A DNA stretch of 64,000 nucleotides from Escherichia coli (GCF_044324785.1 NZ_CP172127.1), one strand, 5' to 3'; shown: positions 1 to 8,933, counted from the first letter of the stretch. Notes: a model not told the origin generated them from the letters alone. Program-made: numbers and translations.

Positions 1-177
1 TGCCGCCCTGTATTGCAGCAGATGCTGGCAGTTTATCCGCGCCTGGAAAACTACGTCGACGAGCGAAACCATGTTGCCAAAGCATGGCTGCACTGGCTTG
101 GATTCAGGCTTGAAGAAGCCGCGCCTTATGGTGCTCTTGGTCTTAATTTCCACAGATTTCACATGGAGAGAAAATAA
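1..177 (+). CDS. 3' end of a phage virion-module gene (58 codons, truncated by the window edge)
   Basis: Frame 1 is open from the edge to TAA at 175-177. The stop overlaps the next ATG (TAATG coupling). No function can be assigned. Confidence 0.45.
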   Translation, partial: CRPVLQQMLAVYPRLENYVDERNHVAKAWLHWLGFRLEEAAPYGALGLNFHRFHMERK

Positions 178-722
178 TGTGCGATCCGGTTATTGCTGGT
201 GGCGCAATGCTCGCCATGAGTGGCATTCAGGCATACACCCAGTACCAACAGGGAAAGTATGCCTCGAAGGTTGCAGAAGCGAACGCAGATATAGCCACAG
301 CTCAGGCAAATGATGCAATAAACAGAGGTAACGCTGAAGCTGAGCAACGACGCAGAGAGACCCGACAGCGGCTTGGTACACAGGCGGCGACAATGGGGGC
401 TACCGGCGCTGATTTATCTACAGGTAACGCGCTGGATATATTTGGCGACACTGCCCAGTTTGGCGCTCTTGATTCGCTGACGACGGTGAATAACGCGCAA
501 CGCGAGGCTTACGGTTATCAGGTTCAGGCTGCCAACTATAAAGCAGAAGCCAGTTCAGCCCGTAAACAGGGGAATGTGGGAGCAGCAACAACATTGCTCA
601 CTGCGCCTCTGAAGGCATACGGTGCGTACCAGATGTTTGGTGGGACGTGGAGTCCGTTTACTCAAAGCACTCCTGCGCCAATCGGGGCAGCAGCAGGAAC
701 CAGATTACCAGGAGGATTATAA
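177..722 (+). CDS. small internal virion / ejection-associated protein (181 aa)
   Basis: Translationally coupled at both ends. Ala/Gln-rich with an N-terminal hydrophobic segment. It is the first of four co-oriented virion genes. Confidence 0.55.
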   Translation: MCDPVIAGGAMLAMSGIQAYTQYQQGKYASKVAEANADIATAQANDAINRGNAEAEQRRRETRQRLGTQAATMGATGADLSTGNALDIFGDTAQFGALDSLTTVNNAQREAYGYQVQAANYKAEASSARKQGNVGAATTLLTAPLKAYGAYQMFGGTWSPFTQSTPAPIGAAAGTRLPGGL

Positions 723-3235
723 TGCCAGTCGTACCAACAGTATCCGGACGTCAGGTTGAGAGTCGTGGAGTTCAGTCAGCAGGCTTGCAGACGTTTTCTC
801 AGCAAGGTATTGGTGATGCTTTTGTTCGGGCAGGGACAGAGGCAATTGATGTTTTGGGGCAGGCAAAACAGCGTGCCAATATCGCTCTGGCTCAGGAGGC
901 ATCTCTTAACCTCAGTCAGATAAGCAGCGATCTGCTGAATAATCCTGAAACAGGATTGCTTAACCTGAAAGGGAAAAATGCTATTGGAAAAGGCCATGAG
1001 TATACGCAGCAGTTTGATGCTCAGGTCGAACAACTGGCTATGTCGCTGCCGGATGAACAGGCTCGTAATGCTTTCATGCAGCAGGCGCAGCAGCAGCGCA
1101 TTCAGTTCACTACGCAGGCCGGGCGACACGAGATAGGGCAAATTAATGCCTACGAAGAAGGCCAGTTTCAGGCGACACTGCTGAACAATGGTAAAAATGC
1201 CGCAGCATTGTATGGCGACAACGCCGCATACGTATTGGCTAACAAACAAACTTTCCAGCAAATTGAGGAGTACGGTGTTGCACATGGCTGGAGCAACGAG
1301 CAAATCCAGGCCAAGAAAATCGAGTTTAAAGAGAAGGTTGCTGATGCTGCATTGTCCCAGTGGTCGGCAAACAATGCGACCGCATTCATCCAAAGTAATG
1401 GCGAGTTAAGTGATACTGCTGCTGGAGCTCGCCGTGCTGTAGCAGATAGTGACTCTTCCGAGCGTGCCCGTGGCATACGCAACAATAACCCAGGAAATCT
1501 CGAATACAGCAAAACTAATCCGTGGGTAGGCCAGACCGGTGATGATGGTCGATTTGCTAAATTCGAAACACCTGAACACGGGATTCGTGCATTAGGGCGG
1601 AACCTGATGTCGTATCAGAGGCAGGGTATTGATACCGTCAGCGAGATAATTAATCGCTGGGCACCGCCTGCTGATAAAAATGACACTATGTCGTATATCA
1701 AAGCAGTGTGCGAACAACTTGGCGTTTCTGCTGATGAGCCTCTCGATGCATCTAATCCTGATACCCTGAAGGCGCTTTGTGCAGCCATTATCCATCATGA
1801 GAACGGTAGCCAGCCATACAGTGATCAGCAGTTAACTGCTGGTGTCAGTGCAGCACTTGGTTTATCAACAATTCCAACCAACACCAAACGCTATACCGGT
1901 AATGCAGCATTCGATGCGGCATCTCCTGAGGCGCAGGCAAGTTTTATGCGACAGGCGGATCAACTGCGTCGGCAGCAGCAGGCTGAATATAAAACGATGA
2001 TTGACAGCCAGGTTCGCGATGCGACAGCTGCGTATATGCGTGGCGTTGAATTTCCTAACCCACCTGGTGAGGCTGATTTTATTGCAGCTTATGGAGTAAG
2101 AGAAGGAAACCTGCGATATACCGAGTTCAGAAATACGCAAATCGCCGGACAGTATATAGGCTCTTTCCGCAACATGCCGACAAGCAGCATTACAGCATAT
2201 GTTGAGCAATTACGCCCGGATACTGGTGAGACAGGGGAGGGTTATGCGGCACGAGCCGCTCTTTATGACAACGTTGTGTCGGCTGCAAGTCAGGTGATAA
2301 AGCAGCGACAGGCTGATCCTGTACAGTTCTCTCTTGCCGCCGGACAGACAAAGCCTATCGACATGAGCAATAAGGATAACTTTGGACAGAGCGTTGCCTT
2401 GCGTGCTGCTCAGGTCAGTGACCTTGCTAAGTCATATGGCACTCCACTGACGTTCTTTTCCAAAGACGAGGCCAATCAGATCGGTGTTTTCTTTCGTGAT
2501 GCGCCCGTTTCCCAACAGGCAGCATATCTCGATACCATCAGGCAGAGCACTGGTGGTGGGCAGGTGTATATGTCAGCACTACAGCAGATCAGTGCCAACG
2601 CTCCATCTGCTGCCGTTGCCGGGATACTGATGGATAAGCCAGGTGGTATTTTGGCAGAAAAAAACTGGTTTAATCCGGATGTTTCCGTGTCTCCTGAAAC
2701 CGCTGCGCAGACAATTCTTGCTGGCGCGGCGGCTCGTAAAGGTACTGATGATGCGAAAGGTATTCCGATGCCTAAAGATGCTGATCTTCGCCTTGAGTTT
2801 TCTGACATGGTGAAGGATGCATTTGCTGGTGACGCTCAGGGGGCATCAATGGCATACGAGATCGCAAAGGATTATTACGCTGGTGTGATGGCGAAAAAAG
2901 GCGTGGTATCAGGCGAAATTGACAATGATGTCTGGAAACAGGCTGTTAACGTAGCTACAGGTGGCGTGCATGACTATAACGGAATGGGGAATGTCCTTTT
3001 GCCGTGGGGAATGTCTGCAGAGCAATTCGATAAGCAGGTTAATCAGGCTTGGAATGAACAAGTTGTCGGCTCTGGGATAAAAACACCGCCTGGTCAGTAT
3101 GGTTTGCAAAGTTACGGCGATAGTCAGTACCTGGTGAAACTTGGTACTGGTTATCTGCTGAAAGATGATGGTTCTCCCGTTGTTCTTAATCTGACACAGA
3201 AGCGTCAGAGATTCTCCGGAGATATTCCGCAATGA
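722..3235 (+). CDS. large internal virion/ejection protein with a possible cell-wall-hydrolase-like central region (837 aa)
   Basis: Start moved from 647 to ATG 722 (AGGAGG at 710-715, TAATG overlap with the upstream stop). Contains the block GIRNNNPGNLEY...HGIRALGRNLMSYQ at about nt 1470-1800. Confidence 0.65.
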   Translation: MPVVPTVSGRQVESRGVQSAGLQTFSQQGIGDAFVRAGTEAIDVLGQAKQRANIALAQEASLNLSQISSDLLNNPETGLLNLKGKNAIGKGHEYTQQFDAQVEQLAMSLPDEQARNAFMQQAQQQRIQFTTQAGRHEIGQINAYEEGQFQATLLNNGKNAAALYGDNAAYVLANKQTFQQIEEYGVAHGWSNEQIQAKKIEFKEKVADAALSQWSANNATAFIQSNGELSDTAAGARRAVADSDSSERARGIRNNNPGNLEYSKTNPWVGQTGDDGRFAKFETPEHGIRALGRNLMSYQRQGIDTVSEIINRWAPPADKNDTMSYIKAVCEQLGVSADEPLDASNPDTLKALCAAIIHHENGSQPYSDQQLTAGVSAALGLSTIPTNTKRYTGNAAFDAASPEAQASFMRQADQLRRQQQAEYKTMIDSQVRDATAAYMRGVEFPNPPGEADFIAAYGVREGNLRYTEFRNTQIAGQYIGSFRNMPTSSITAYVEQLRPDTGETGEGYAARAALYDNVVSAASQVIKQRQADPVQFSLAAGQTKPIDMSNKDNFGQSVALRAAQVSDLAKSYGTPLTFFSKDEANQIGVFFRDAPVSQQAAYLDTIRQSTGGGQVYMSALQQISANAPSAAVAGILMDKPGGILAEKNWFNPDVSVSPETAAQTILAGAAARKGTDDAKGIPMPKDADLRLEFSDMVKDAFAGDAQGASMAYEIAKDYYAGVMAKKGVVSGEIDNDVWKQAVNVATGGVHDYNGMGNVLLPWGMSAEQFDKQVNQAWNEQVVGSGIKTPPGQYGLQSYGDSQYLVKLGTGYLLKDDGSPVVLNLTQKRQRFSGDIPQ

Positions 3236-5034
3236 GTTACTTTGGCCTTAATCCAGTAAACCAGAATCAGCAGCTTGACGAAGCAGCATCAAATCCAGCT
3301 GGCTTTAACAGCGATGTTGGTTTTTTCGACAATGCTGTAGGAGCGGCATTGTCTGGTTTGTACTCCGGGCTGGTGGCAAAGCCAGATCAGTTGCTATGGG
3401 CAGGGATGGATAAAATCGTATCCCCGATTGCTCAGTTTATTAACGAAAACACCTCGCTCAATGATACTTCAGTTTCATACATTGCCGAGCAGAGAAAACT
3501 AGCAGAGCAGCAGGTTAAGCGGCTGACGCCTGATGCCGCGACAACCGGAACCGCCGGGCAGGTTCTTTATGGGTTGTTCGATATGGGCGGGCAGGCTGTT
3601 GTCGGTACAACGCTCGGTGGTCCTGTCGGAGGTGCAGCGGCGGTAACTTCGCTACAGGGTTTTTCTGAGTTTGAACGGCTGACAGCACAGGGTGTTGATT
3701 TCAGGACGGCGCAGGAAGCGGGATTAGTGCAGGGCATTACTGCTGGTGCCGGAACACTGATCCCTATGAGCCTCGGGTTACGTGCTGGTGGTGCGCTGGC
3801 GGAAGGTGTGGCGGCTCAGCTTGCGCGGGCGGGTGAGAGTTCAGTGCGACGCGCCGCAGCAACAGCAGTACGTGCAACGCCAGATATTGCCTATGCCGCA
3901 GGTACAAATATTGCGTTCGGTATGGCACAGCGTGGGCTTACTGCAAAAACACTTCGTGATGGTGGCTATAGCGAAATGGCTAACCAGTATGATGTGTTGG
4001 ATCGACAGGCAATTGCTATTGATGCTGTTCTTGGGGTGGCGTTTGGTGGTGTCGGCAGATTTATTAACTCTCGCGGCGAGTCTACAAGCGCACCAAATTT
4101 TTCACCAGTTGATGTTGATGCTGCACTGGCGGCGAATGCCGCTCATCATGCTGAAATTGATATTGCGCCCGGCGTGCCGATCAACGTGCTTTCGCGCAAT
4201 TCTCACATTCAGGCTCTGCGAAAAGCTATGTCTGATGTTAGCCAGGGGAGACCTGTAGACGTTGCCAGCATTGTTGAGTCTGCATCTTTCAGTGAAATTC
4301 CTGGGCGCAAGAGTCTGCTGTCTCAGGCAGTTAATGAGGCTCTGTCATCTGTAGATGATGGAGTAACGGCGCGCGCTATAGAAAATCGGTTGCTTGAAGA
4401 ACAGGCCGCGCAGCTTTTGCCGCGTGGCGATAGACAGGTTTACCAGTCTGAAATAGCTAATAGCCAACGAATTATTGAAAATCTCACTGAACAGCGCGCA
4501 CAAATTCTTGCAGAAGAGCCAACCGGTAGCGGTAAATCTTTGTCTCGTGCTCGATCAGATAAACAGGTCAGACTTCGCGATATTGACCAACGAATCCGGC
4601 AGGCACAAGAACGCCTGGAATTTTCCCGTAACGCGTTGGCACCGCATGAGCCTGGCGGTCAGTTTTTTGAAGCTCGAGCAGAACTGGCACGGAGACAGCA
4701 GGCTGAAAGTGAACTTAATGCTCAGGCTGTTTCATTCTATAAAACAGCAGAGGTCAGGACGCCAGACGAAGTAGCTCCTTTTGAGCCTGATAAAATATTG
4801 CAACAGGCAGAACAAAAAATGATGGCGGATCAGGCAGGAGATATTGATCTGCGCATAGCTGAAGACTCGCTGCTTGAATCACCTGACATGATAATCACCG
4901 TGCTGGATGATGATGGTAATCCACAATCGCGCAGCGCGCGTGAAGTACTGGATGAAGCGAACAGGGAAAGTGAGCAGGCAATACAGGATTCCAGCCTGTT
5001 TGATGTCGCTGTGGCGTGTTTCTTGAGAGGTTAA
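3232..5034 (+). CDS. ejection/internal virion protein (600 aa)
   Basis: ATGA overlap with the upstream gene. Gly/Ala-rich hydrophobic N-terminal half and a charged coiled-coil-like C-terminal half, as in podovirus ejection proteins. Confidence 0.6.
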   Translation: MSYFGLNPVNQNQQLDEAASNPAGFNSDVGFFDNAVGAALSGLYSGLVAKPDQLLWAGMDKIVSPIAQFINENTSLNDTSVSYIAEQRKLAEQQVKRLTPDAATTGTAGQVLYGLFDMGGQAVVGTTLGGPVGGAAAVTSLQGFSEFERLTAQGVDFRTAQEAGLVQGITAGAGTLIPMSLGLRAGGALAEGVAAQLARAGESSVRRAAATAVRATPDIAYAAGTNIAFGMAQRGLTAKTLRDGGYSEMANQYDVLDRQAIAIDAVLGVAFGGVGRFINSRGESTSAPNFSPVDVDAALAANAAHHAEIDIAPGVPINVLSRNSHIQALRKAMSDVSQGRPVDVASIVESASFSEIPGRKSLLSQAVNEALSSVDDGVTARAIENRLLEEQAAQLLPRGDRQVYQSEIANSQRIIENLTEQRAQILAEEPTGSGKSLSRARSDKQVRLRDIDQRIRQAQERLEFSRNALAPHEPGGQFFEARAELARRQQAESELNAQAVSFYKTAEVRTPDEVAPFEPDKILQQAEQKMMADQAGDIDLRIAEDSLLESPDMIITVLDDDGNPQSRSAREVLDEANRESEQAIQDSSLFDVAVACFLRG

Positions 5035-5039
5035 ATTAA

Positions 5040-7514
5040 ATGAGACAGGAATGTATACAAGCGGTCCAGCAGGCGGCGCAGCGCACGTTAACGGCGCGAG
5101 AAATACAGAACATTGAAGACCGCATTTATCGAAATATGCGCTCCATTGCTCGTGATGACCCGATGTCGTGGAGACAACTTTCCGAATCAGAGCGGCTATA
5201 TCGTGCAGCACAATTGGCATCTGAAGAATTACAGCGAGAAGCGGCATTAAAGAAACGTCGTGTGGCCCTCACTATAGCCGCACGTCAGAGATTGGATAAA
5301 TTTATCAATAGCTATCAAGGGGCTGATGGGAAACTTGGCGCTCTTAACCGTACTATTGCTTTTAATGCAGACGGTAAATCGAATTTCCTCTCTGTTGAAT
5401 CCAGAACAAAAGCCACTCGTGATTATGCATTGAGTCAATTGCAGGAGGCATTTGAAGCAGTTGATCCTCGCTTTTTTGGCCTGTTTGAAGATGAAGCTGG
5501 CGTGCGTGACCTGGTATATGAAATGCGAGGGCAAAATACTGGCAATGCTAAAGCAAGAAAAGGTGCTAAGGCGTGGAGAGAAGTGACAGAGCTACTGCGC
5601 CGCCGGTTTAATGATGCTGGTGGGGACATTGGCTATCTCGAAAACTGGGGGCTCCCTCAACATCATTCTATGGAAAAGGTTGGGGCGGTATCAAAGGATA
5701 AGTGGGTTAGCGATGTTATAGGTAAGCTGGATCGCAAATATTATACCCGAGTCGATGGACAACTGATGAACGATGCCGAGTTGTCTGCATTTCTTGGAGA
5801 GGCTTATAACACGATCGCTACTGGTGGGCTGAATAAGCTTACTGATACCGGAATGCGAATTTCCGGCGCACGTGCTAACCGGGGTAATGCATCACGACAG
5901 ATACATTTCAAAGATGCAGATTCCTATCTGCAATATCAGCAACTTTATGGCGATCGCTCTCTATGGGAAATCATGGTCGGTCACCTGGAAGGTATCAGTA
6001 AAGATATTGCACTGGTGGAAACATATGGCCCAAACCCCGATCATGTTTTCCGCTCTCTTCTTGATCAGGTGAAGGCAGAAACGGCAACAGCTAACCCGAG
6101 TAAAACCGGTAAAGTCGAGCGGCTGGCGAACAACACAGAGAATCTGTACAACTTTATTTCCGGAAAGACACAGCCTGTAGCGAATCCGCACATCGCGCGA
6201 TGGTCTGACAATATCCGCAACTGGCTGGTTGCCAGCAGACTCGGATCCGCGTTGCTGTCATCGTTCTCTGATCTTGGAACCATGTATCTGTCTGCGAAGG
6301 TTACCAACCTTCCAATGAACCAGTTATTCCGCAACCAGCTTGAAGCTATGGACCCAACGAACCGTACAGAACTTGCGCGGGCGCGCCGCGCTGGTCTGGC
6401 GATGGAATCTCTACTTGGCAGCGTTAACCGCTGGGCGATGGATAATATGGGGCCGTCTGTGTCTCGTTGGGCTGCAACGGCGGTAATGCGTGCCAGTGGG
6501 CTTACAGCATGGTCAGATGCGCACAAGCGCGCCTATGGCGTAACCATGATGGGAAGCCTGGGAGAAGTAGTGTCACGGACACCAGACCTTCGTAGCCTCG
6601 ATGATTCTGATTTTCGTATCCTGAAAAGCAAAGGGATTACTGACACAGACTGGAGCGTATGGAAGCTGGCGCAACAGGAGGACTGGGGGAACGGTAATAA
6701 TACGATGCTGACACCGGAAAGCATTATGCGTATCCCTGATTCAGCAGTTAAACATCTTGGTGAGCCTGAACGCGTGAAATTTGAGGCAATGCGTAAACTG
6801 CTCGGTGCCGTAACTGAAGAAGTTGATATGGCTGTTATTACACCGGGTGCACGTGAGCAACTGATAACCGGTTCTGGTATTCAGCGTGGAACATGGAAAG
6901 GTGAATTAACGAGAAGTGTTTTCCTGTTTAAATCGTTCCCTATCTCGGTGGTTATGCGTCACTGGTCACGCGCTATGGGTATGCCGTCGGCTGGTGGGCG
7001 TGCGGCATATATTGCGACGTTTATTGCCAGTACGACCATTCTTGGCGCTTTGTCGCAGCAACTTAACGACCTTGCGTCTGGTCGTAATCCTCGCGAGATG
7101 ACAGGAGAAGATGCTGCTAAATTTTGGCTTGGTGCTCTACTGAAAGGTGGTGGTCTTGGCCTTTACGGTGACTTTTTATTGTCAGATCACACTAGGTACG
7201 GAAGCGGCGCGCTGGCGTCGATGCTTGGCCCGGTAGCTGGTCTGGTTGATGACGTAGTGAAGATTGCTCAGGGCATACCGTTAAATGCTGTGGAAGGGAA
7301 GAATGAGCAGACTGGTGGTGATCTGGTTAAGCTGGGGAAAGGTCTGATGCCAGGTGCGAATCTCTGGTACTTAAAGGCGGCTCTCGATCACATGATCTTT
7401 AACCAGATGCAGGAGTATTTTTCACCAGGTTATTTGCGTAAAATGGAGCAACGTTCGAAGAAAGAGTTTAACCAGACATACTGGTGGCGACCACAGGATG
7501 TCACTCCGCAATAA
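5040..7514 (+). CDS. ejection/internal virion protein (824 aa)
   Basis: Starts 5 nt after the upstream stop. Hydrophobic glycine-rich C-terminal segments (FWLGALLKGGGLGLYGDFLL). Last gene of the plus-strand virion operon. Confidence 0.6.
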   Translation: MRQECIQAVQQAAQRTLTAREIQNIEDRIYRNMRSIARDDPMSWRQLSESERLYRAAQLASEELQREAALKKRRVALTIAARQRLDKFINSYQGADGKLGALNRTIAFNADGKSNFLSVESRTKATRDYALSQLQEAFEAVDPRFFGLFEDEAGVRDLVYEMRGQNTGNAKARKGAKAWREVTELLRRRFNDAGGDIGYLENWGLPQHHSMEKVGAVSKDKWVSDVIGKLDRKYYTRVDGQLMNDAELSAFLGEAYNTIATGGLNKLTDTGMRISGARANRGNASRQIHFKDADSYLQYQQLYGDRSLWEIMVGHLEGISKDIALVETYGPNPDHVFRSLLDQVKAETATANPSKTGKVERLANNTENLYNFISGKTQPVANPHIARWSDNIRNWLVASRLGSALLSSFSDLGTMYLSAKVTNLPMNQLFRNQLEAMDPTNRTELARARRAGLAMESLLGSVNRWAMDNMGPSVSRWAATAVMRASGLTAWSDAHKRAYGVTMMGSLGEVVSRTPDLRSLDDSDFRILKSKGITDTDWSVWKLAQQEDWGNGNNTMLTPESIMRIPDSAVKHLGEPERVKFEAMRKLLGAVTEEVDMAVITPGAREQLITGSGIQRGTWKGELTRSVFLFKSFPISVVMRHWSRAMGMPSAGGRAAYIATFIASTTILGALSQQLNDLASGRNPREMTGEDAAKFWLGALLKGGGLGLYGDFLLSDHTRYGSGALASMLGPVAGLVDDVVKIAQGIPLNAVEGKNEQTGGDLVKLGKGLMPGANLWYLKAALDHMIFNQMQEYFSPGYLRKMEQRSKKEFNQTYWWRPQDVTPQ

Positions 7515-7523
7515 GGAAGTGTT

Positions 7524-7697
7524 GTGTTTTTAATTATTTTGAGTGTGATAATTTCTGGTGGATTGTTATTTATTGACCGCTACAAATATTTTCTTAACCC
7601 TCAGACTCAAGCTATTTGCTGGTTCATCTTTGTTGTGCAGGGAGTAGTTCTTGTTGCAAGCCTTATTGAGGGGAGGCCTCTTATTTTTACTGGGTAA
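7524..7697 (+). CDS. candidate small membrane protein (57 aa, GTG start)
   Basis: AAGGAAG at 7513-7519, GTG at 7524. Two hydrophobic helices (FLIILSVIISGGLLF; ICWFIFVVQGVVLVASLI). Not in the ORF track. Confidence 0.3.
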   Translation: MFLIILSVIISGGLLFIDRYKYFLNPQTQAICWFIFVVQGVVLVASLIEGRPLIFTG

Positions 7698-7710
7698 ATT
7701 AGGTGACTAC

Positions 7711-8007
7711 ATGCAAGCTATAGGATTCATTGTTTATATCGTCGTTGGTCTTTTTCAGTTGGCAGCAATTATGGCTGGGCTTGAATCATGGTGGGGATTG
7801 CACTGGATAATTGCAGCCCCCATTGCTTTCATCGTGAGCTATATTCCATTTGTTGGAGCGATTGTTGGTATGGTTGGCGCTGTGGATGTATGGCGGTGGG
7901 AGTGGTGGCAGGCTGGCCTTCTCTTCTTTGGTGGGATCATCTTTGCTATTGTCTGCGGTGGAATGTCATCATTTTTCGAATGGCTATCATTCAGAAAAGG
8001 GACGTGA
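7711..8007 (+). CDS. small integral membrane protein (98 aa, about 3 TM)
   Basis: AGGTGA lies 4 nt upstream of ATG 7711 (track start 7651 is TTG). Trp-rich hydrophobic sequence. Followed by a terminator. Confidence 0.55.
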   Translation: MQAIGFIVYIVVGLFQLAAIMAGLESWWGLHWIIAAPIAFIVSYIPFVGAIVGMVGAVDVWRWEWWQAGLLFFGGIIFAIVCGGMSSFFEWLSFRKGT

Positions 8008-8015
8008 CATGTCAC

Positions 8016-8040
8016 AGGCCGCTTTCGCGGCCTTGTTTTT
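8016..8040 (+). terminator. rho-independent terminator after the small membrane-protein genes
   Basis: AGGCCGC-TTTC-GCGGCCT hairpin followed by TGTTTTT. Confidence 0.65.
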
Positions 8041-8200
8041 AACGAATGCCACCGCCGCCTGGGCGGGAATCCGCAGAACGCCCACCGCAGCGTGAGCCGT
8101 CAGCAGCAGTGTCGCTGTCGTGCTGACAACGACCGGCAAAGGCCTGAGTTGAAGCTACCAGAGACAACAAAACGAACAGTGCAGCAAATGCTTTTTTCAT
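8039..8200 (-). CDS. candidate secreted mini-protein (53 aa precursor, about 31 aa mature, 2 Cys)
   Basis: Internal ATG at 8200 gives MKKAFAALFVLLSLVASTQAFA, a textbook Sec signal with an AFA cleavage site. TTGACG-16-TATAGA lies upstream at about 8210-8240. The gene sits after the terminator at 8273-8293. Confidence 0.4.
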   Translation of the reverse strand: MKKAFAALFVLLSLVASTQAFAGRCQHDSDTAADGSRCGGRSADSRPGGGGIR

Positions 8201-8272
8201 TGTGACATTTCCATCTATAAGCCACCTCAATGTGGCGTCAATGAGTGTAGCACTGACTTTTGTTTCGTCCAC

Positions 8273-8293
8273 AAAAAAGCCCGCAGCGCGGGC
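8273..8293 (-). terminator. rho-independent terminator of the 8921-8293 cassette
   Basis: Minus strand reads GCCCGC-GCT-GCGGGC followed by TTTTTT. Confidence 0.75.
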
Positions 8294-8733
8294 TATTCTT
8301 CTTCATCATTAAAAAGCGGATTGTTGTTTCCATCTGATGAAAGGAAAGGTATGTGTTCTCTTGAAAATCCAACAATGACAATTTCATTATCATTTTTTGC
8401 ATAATGAATGCATTCATTAGAATGCCTTCCGCCAGGGTTGAAATTTAAGTTAATGGTATAATTCTTAAATGTGTTTGGATACCATGTTGGCCCACAATGA
8501 TAATGCCAATAATTCTCTTGCTCATAATTGTCTGAGCCGGGAATTTTATCATGGTTATCATCAACCCACGAGGGCTTGTTTTTTCCAACAAGCGCCCTTC
8601 CATTGGCAACATCCTCTAAAAAACTTTGTATGATTTTTATTTCATCATCAGTAAGGAAAGGTCCGTCTACAGCGAAAGGGGTGTTGCTTTCCCCATGTAG
8701 AAAACTATTAGATATTCTAATGTTAAACTTCAA
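8293..8733 (-). CDS. hypothetical cytoplasmic protein, 146 aa, AT-rich; possibly YafO-like toxin fold (weak)
   Basis: No in-frame ATG is available downstream of the track start, which overlaps the 8754-8921 gene in another frame. TTG at 8733 is preceded by AGGAG with a 6 nt spacer. Motifs YWHYHCGP and SNECIHY..IVIVGFSREH resemble the HxHL and SDxxLVY...aH layout I recall for YafO. Acidic tail NDEEE. Confidence 0.5.
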   Translation of the reverse strand: MKFNIRISNSFLHGESNTPFAVDGPFLTDDEIKIIQSFLEDVANGRALVGKNKPSWVDDNHDKIPGSDNYEQENYWHYHCGPTWYPNTFKNYTINLNFNPGGRHSNECIHYAKNDNEIVIVGFSREHIPFLSSDGNNNPLFNDEEE

Positions 8734-8753
8734 GGAAAACTCCTGATGTGCTT

Positions 8754-8921
8754 CTATTTGGAGCGAAATGCCGCCTTGAAGTCGCTGAAAGATGTTCCTG
8801 TCTGGTAAACCATATCCTTGTCGCGCTCTTTGCTTGCGCGGCCAAGCATAACTTTTCCAATGACATCCCAGCATTGCTTGGCTTGTTCATTGTGCTGAGT
8901 ACGATTTTTCAACGCTGTCAT
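8754..8921 (-). CDS. small basic protein, 55 aa, first gene of the cassette (candidate regulator or antitoxin)
   Basis: Perfect SD AAGGAGG lies 6 nt upstream of ATG 8921. TAG stop lies 20 nt before the downstream TTG start. Missed by the ORF track (under 60 aa). Confidence 0.5.
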   Translation of the reverse strand: MTALKNRTQHNEQAKQCWDVIGKVMLGRASKERDKDMVYQTGTSFSDFKAAFRSK

Positions 8922-8933
8922 ATCGCGCCTCCT

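Noticed and set aside
647-721. Upstream extensions of track ORFs (647 for the 837-aa protein, 8272 for the secreted peptide, 9758 for ant, 13921 for the endolysin, 26359 purM, 27339 uraA, 47716 gcvR and others)
   Set aside because: Internal starts have proper SD sequences and stop/start coupling, or reproduce the known K-12 protein lengths. The extensions overlap upstream genes or lack ribosome-binding sites.
8004-8015. 12 bp perfect palindrome GTGACATGTCAC at the end of the 98-aa membrane-protein gene
   Set aside because: It is a single occurrence overlapping the stop codon and next to a real terminator, with no partner site. It is most simply part of the terminator region.
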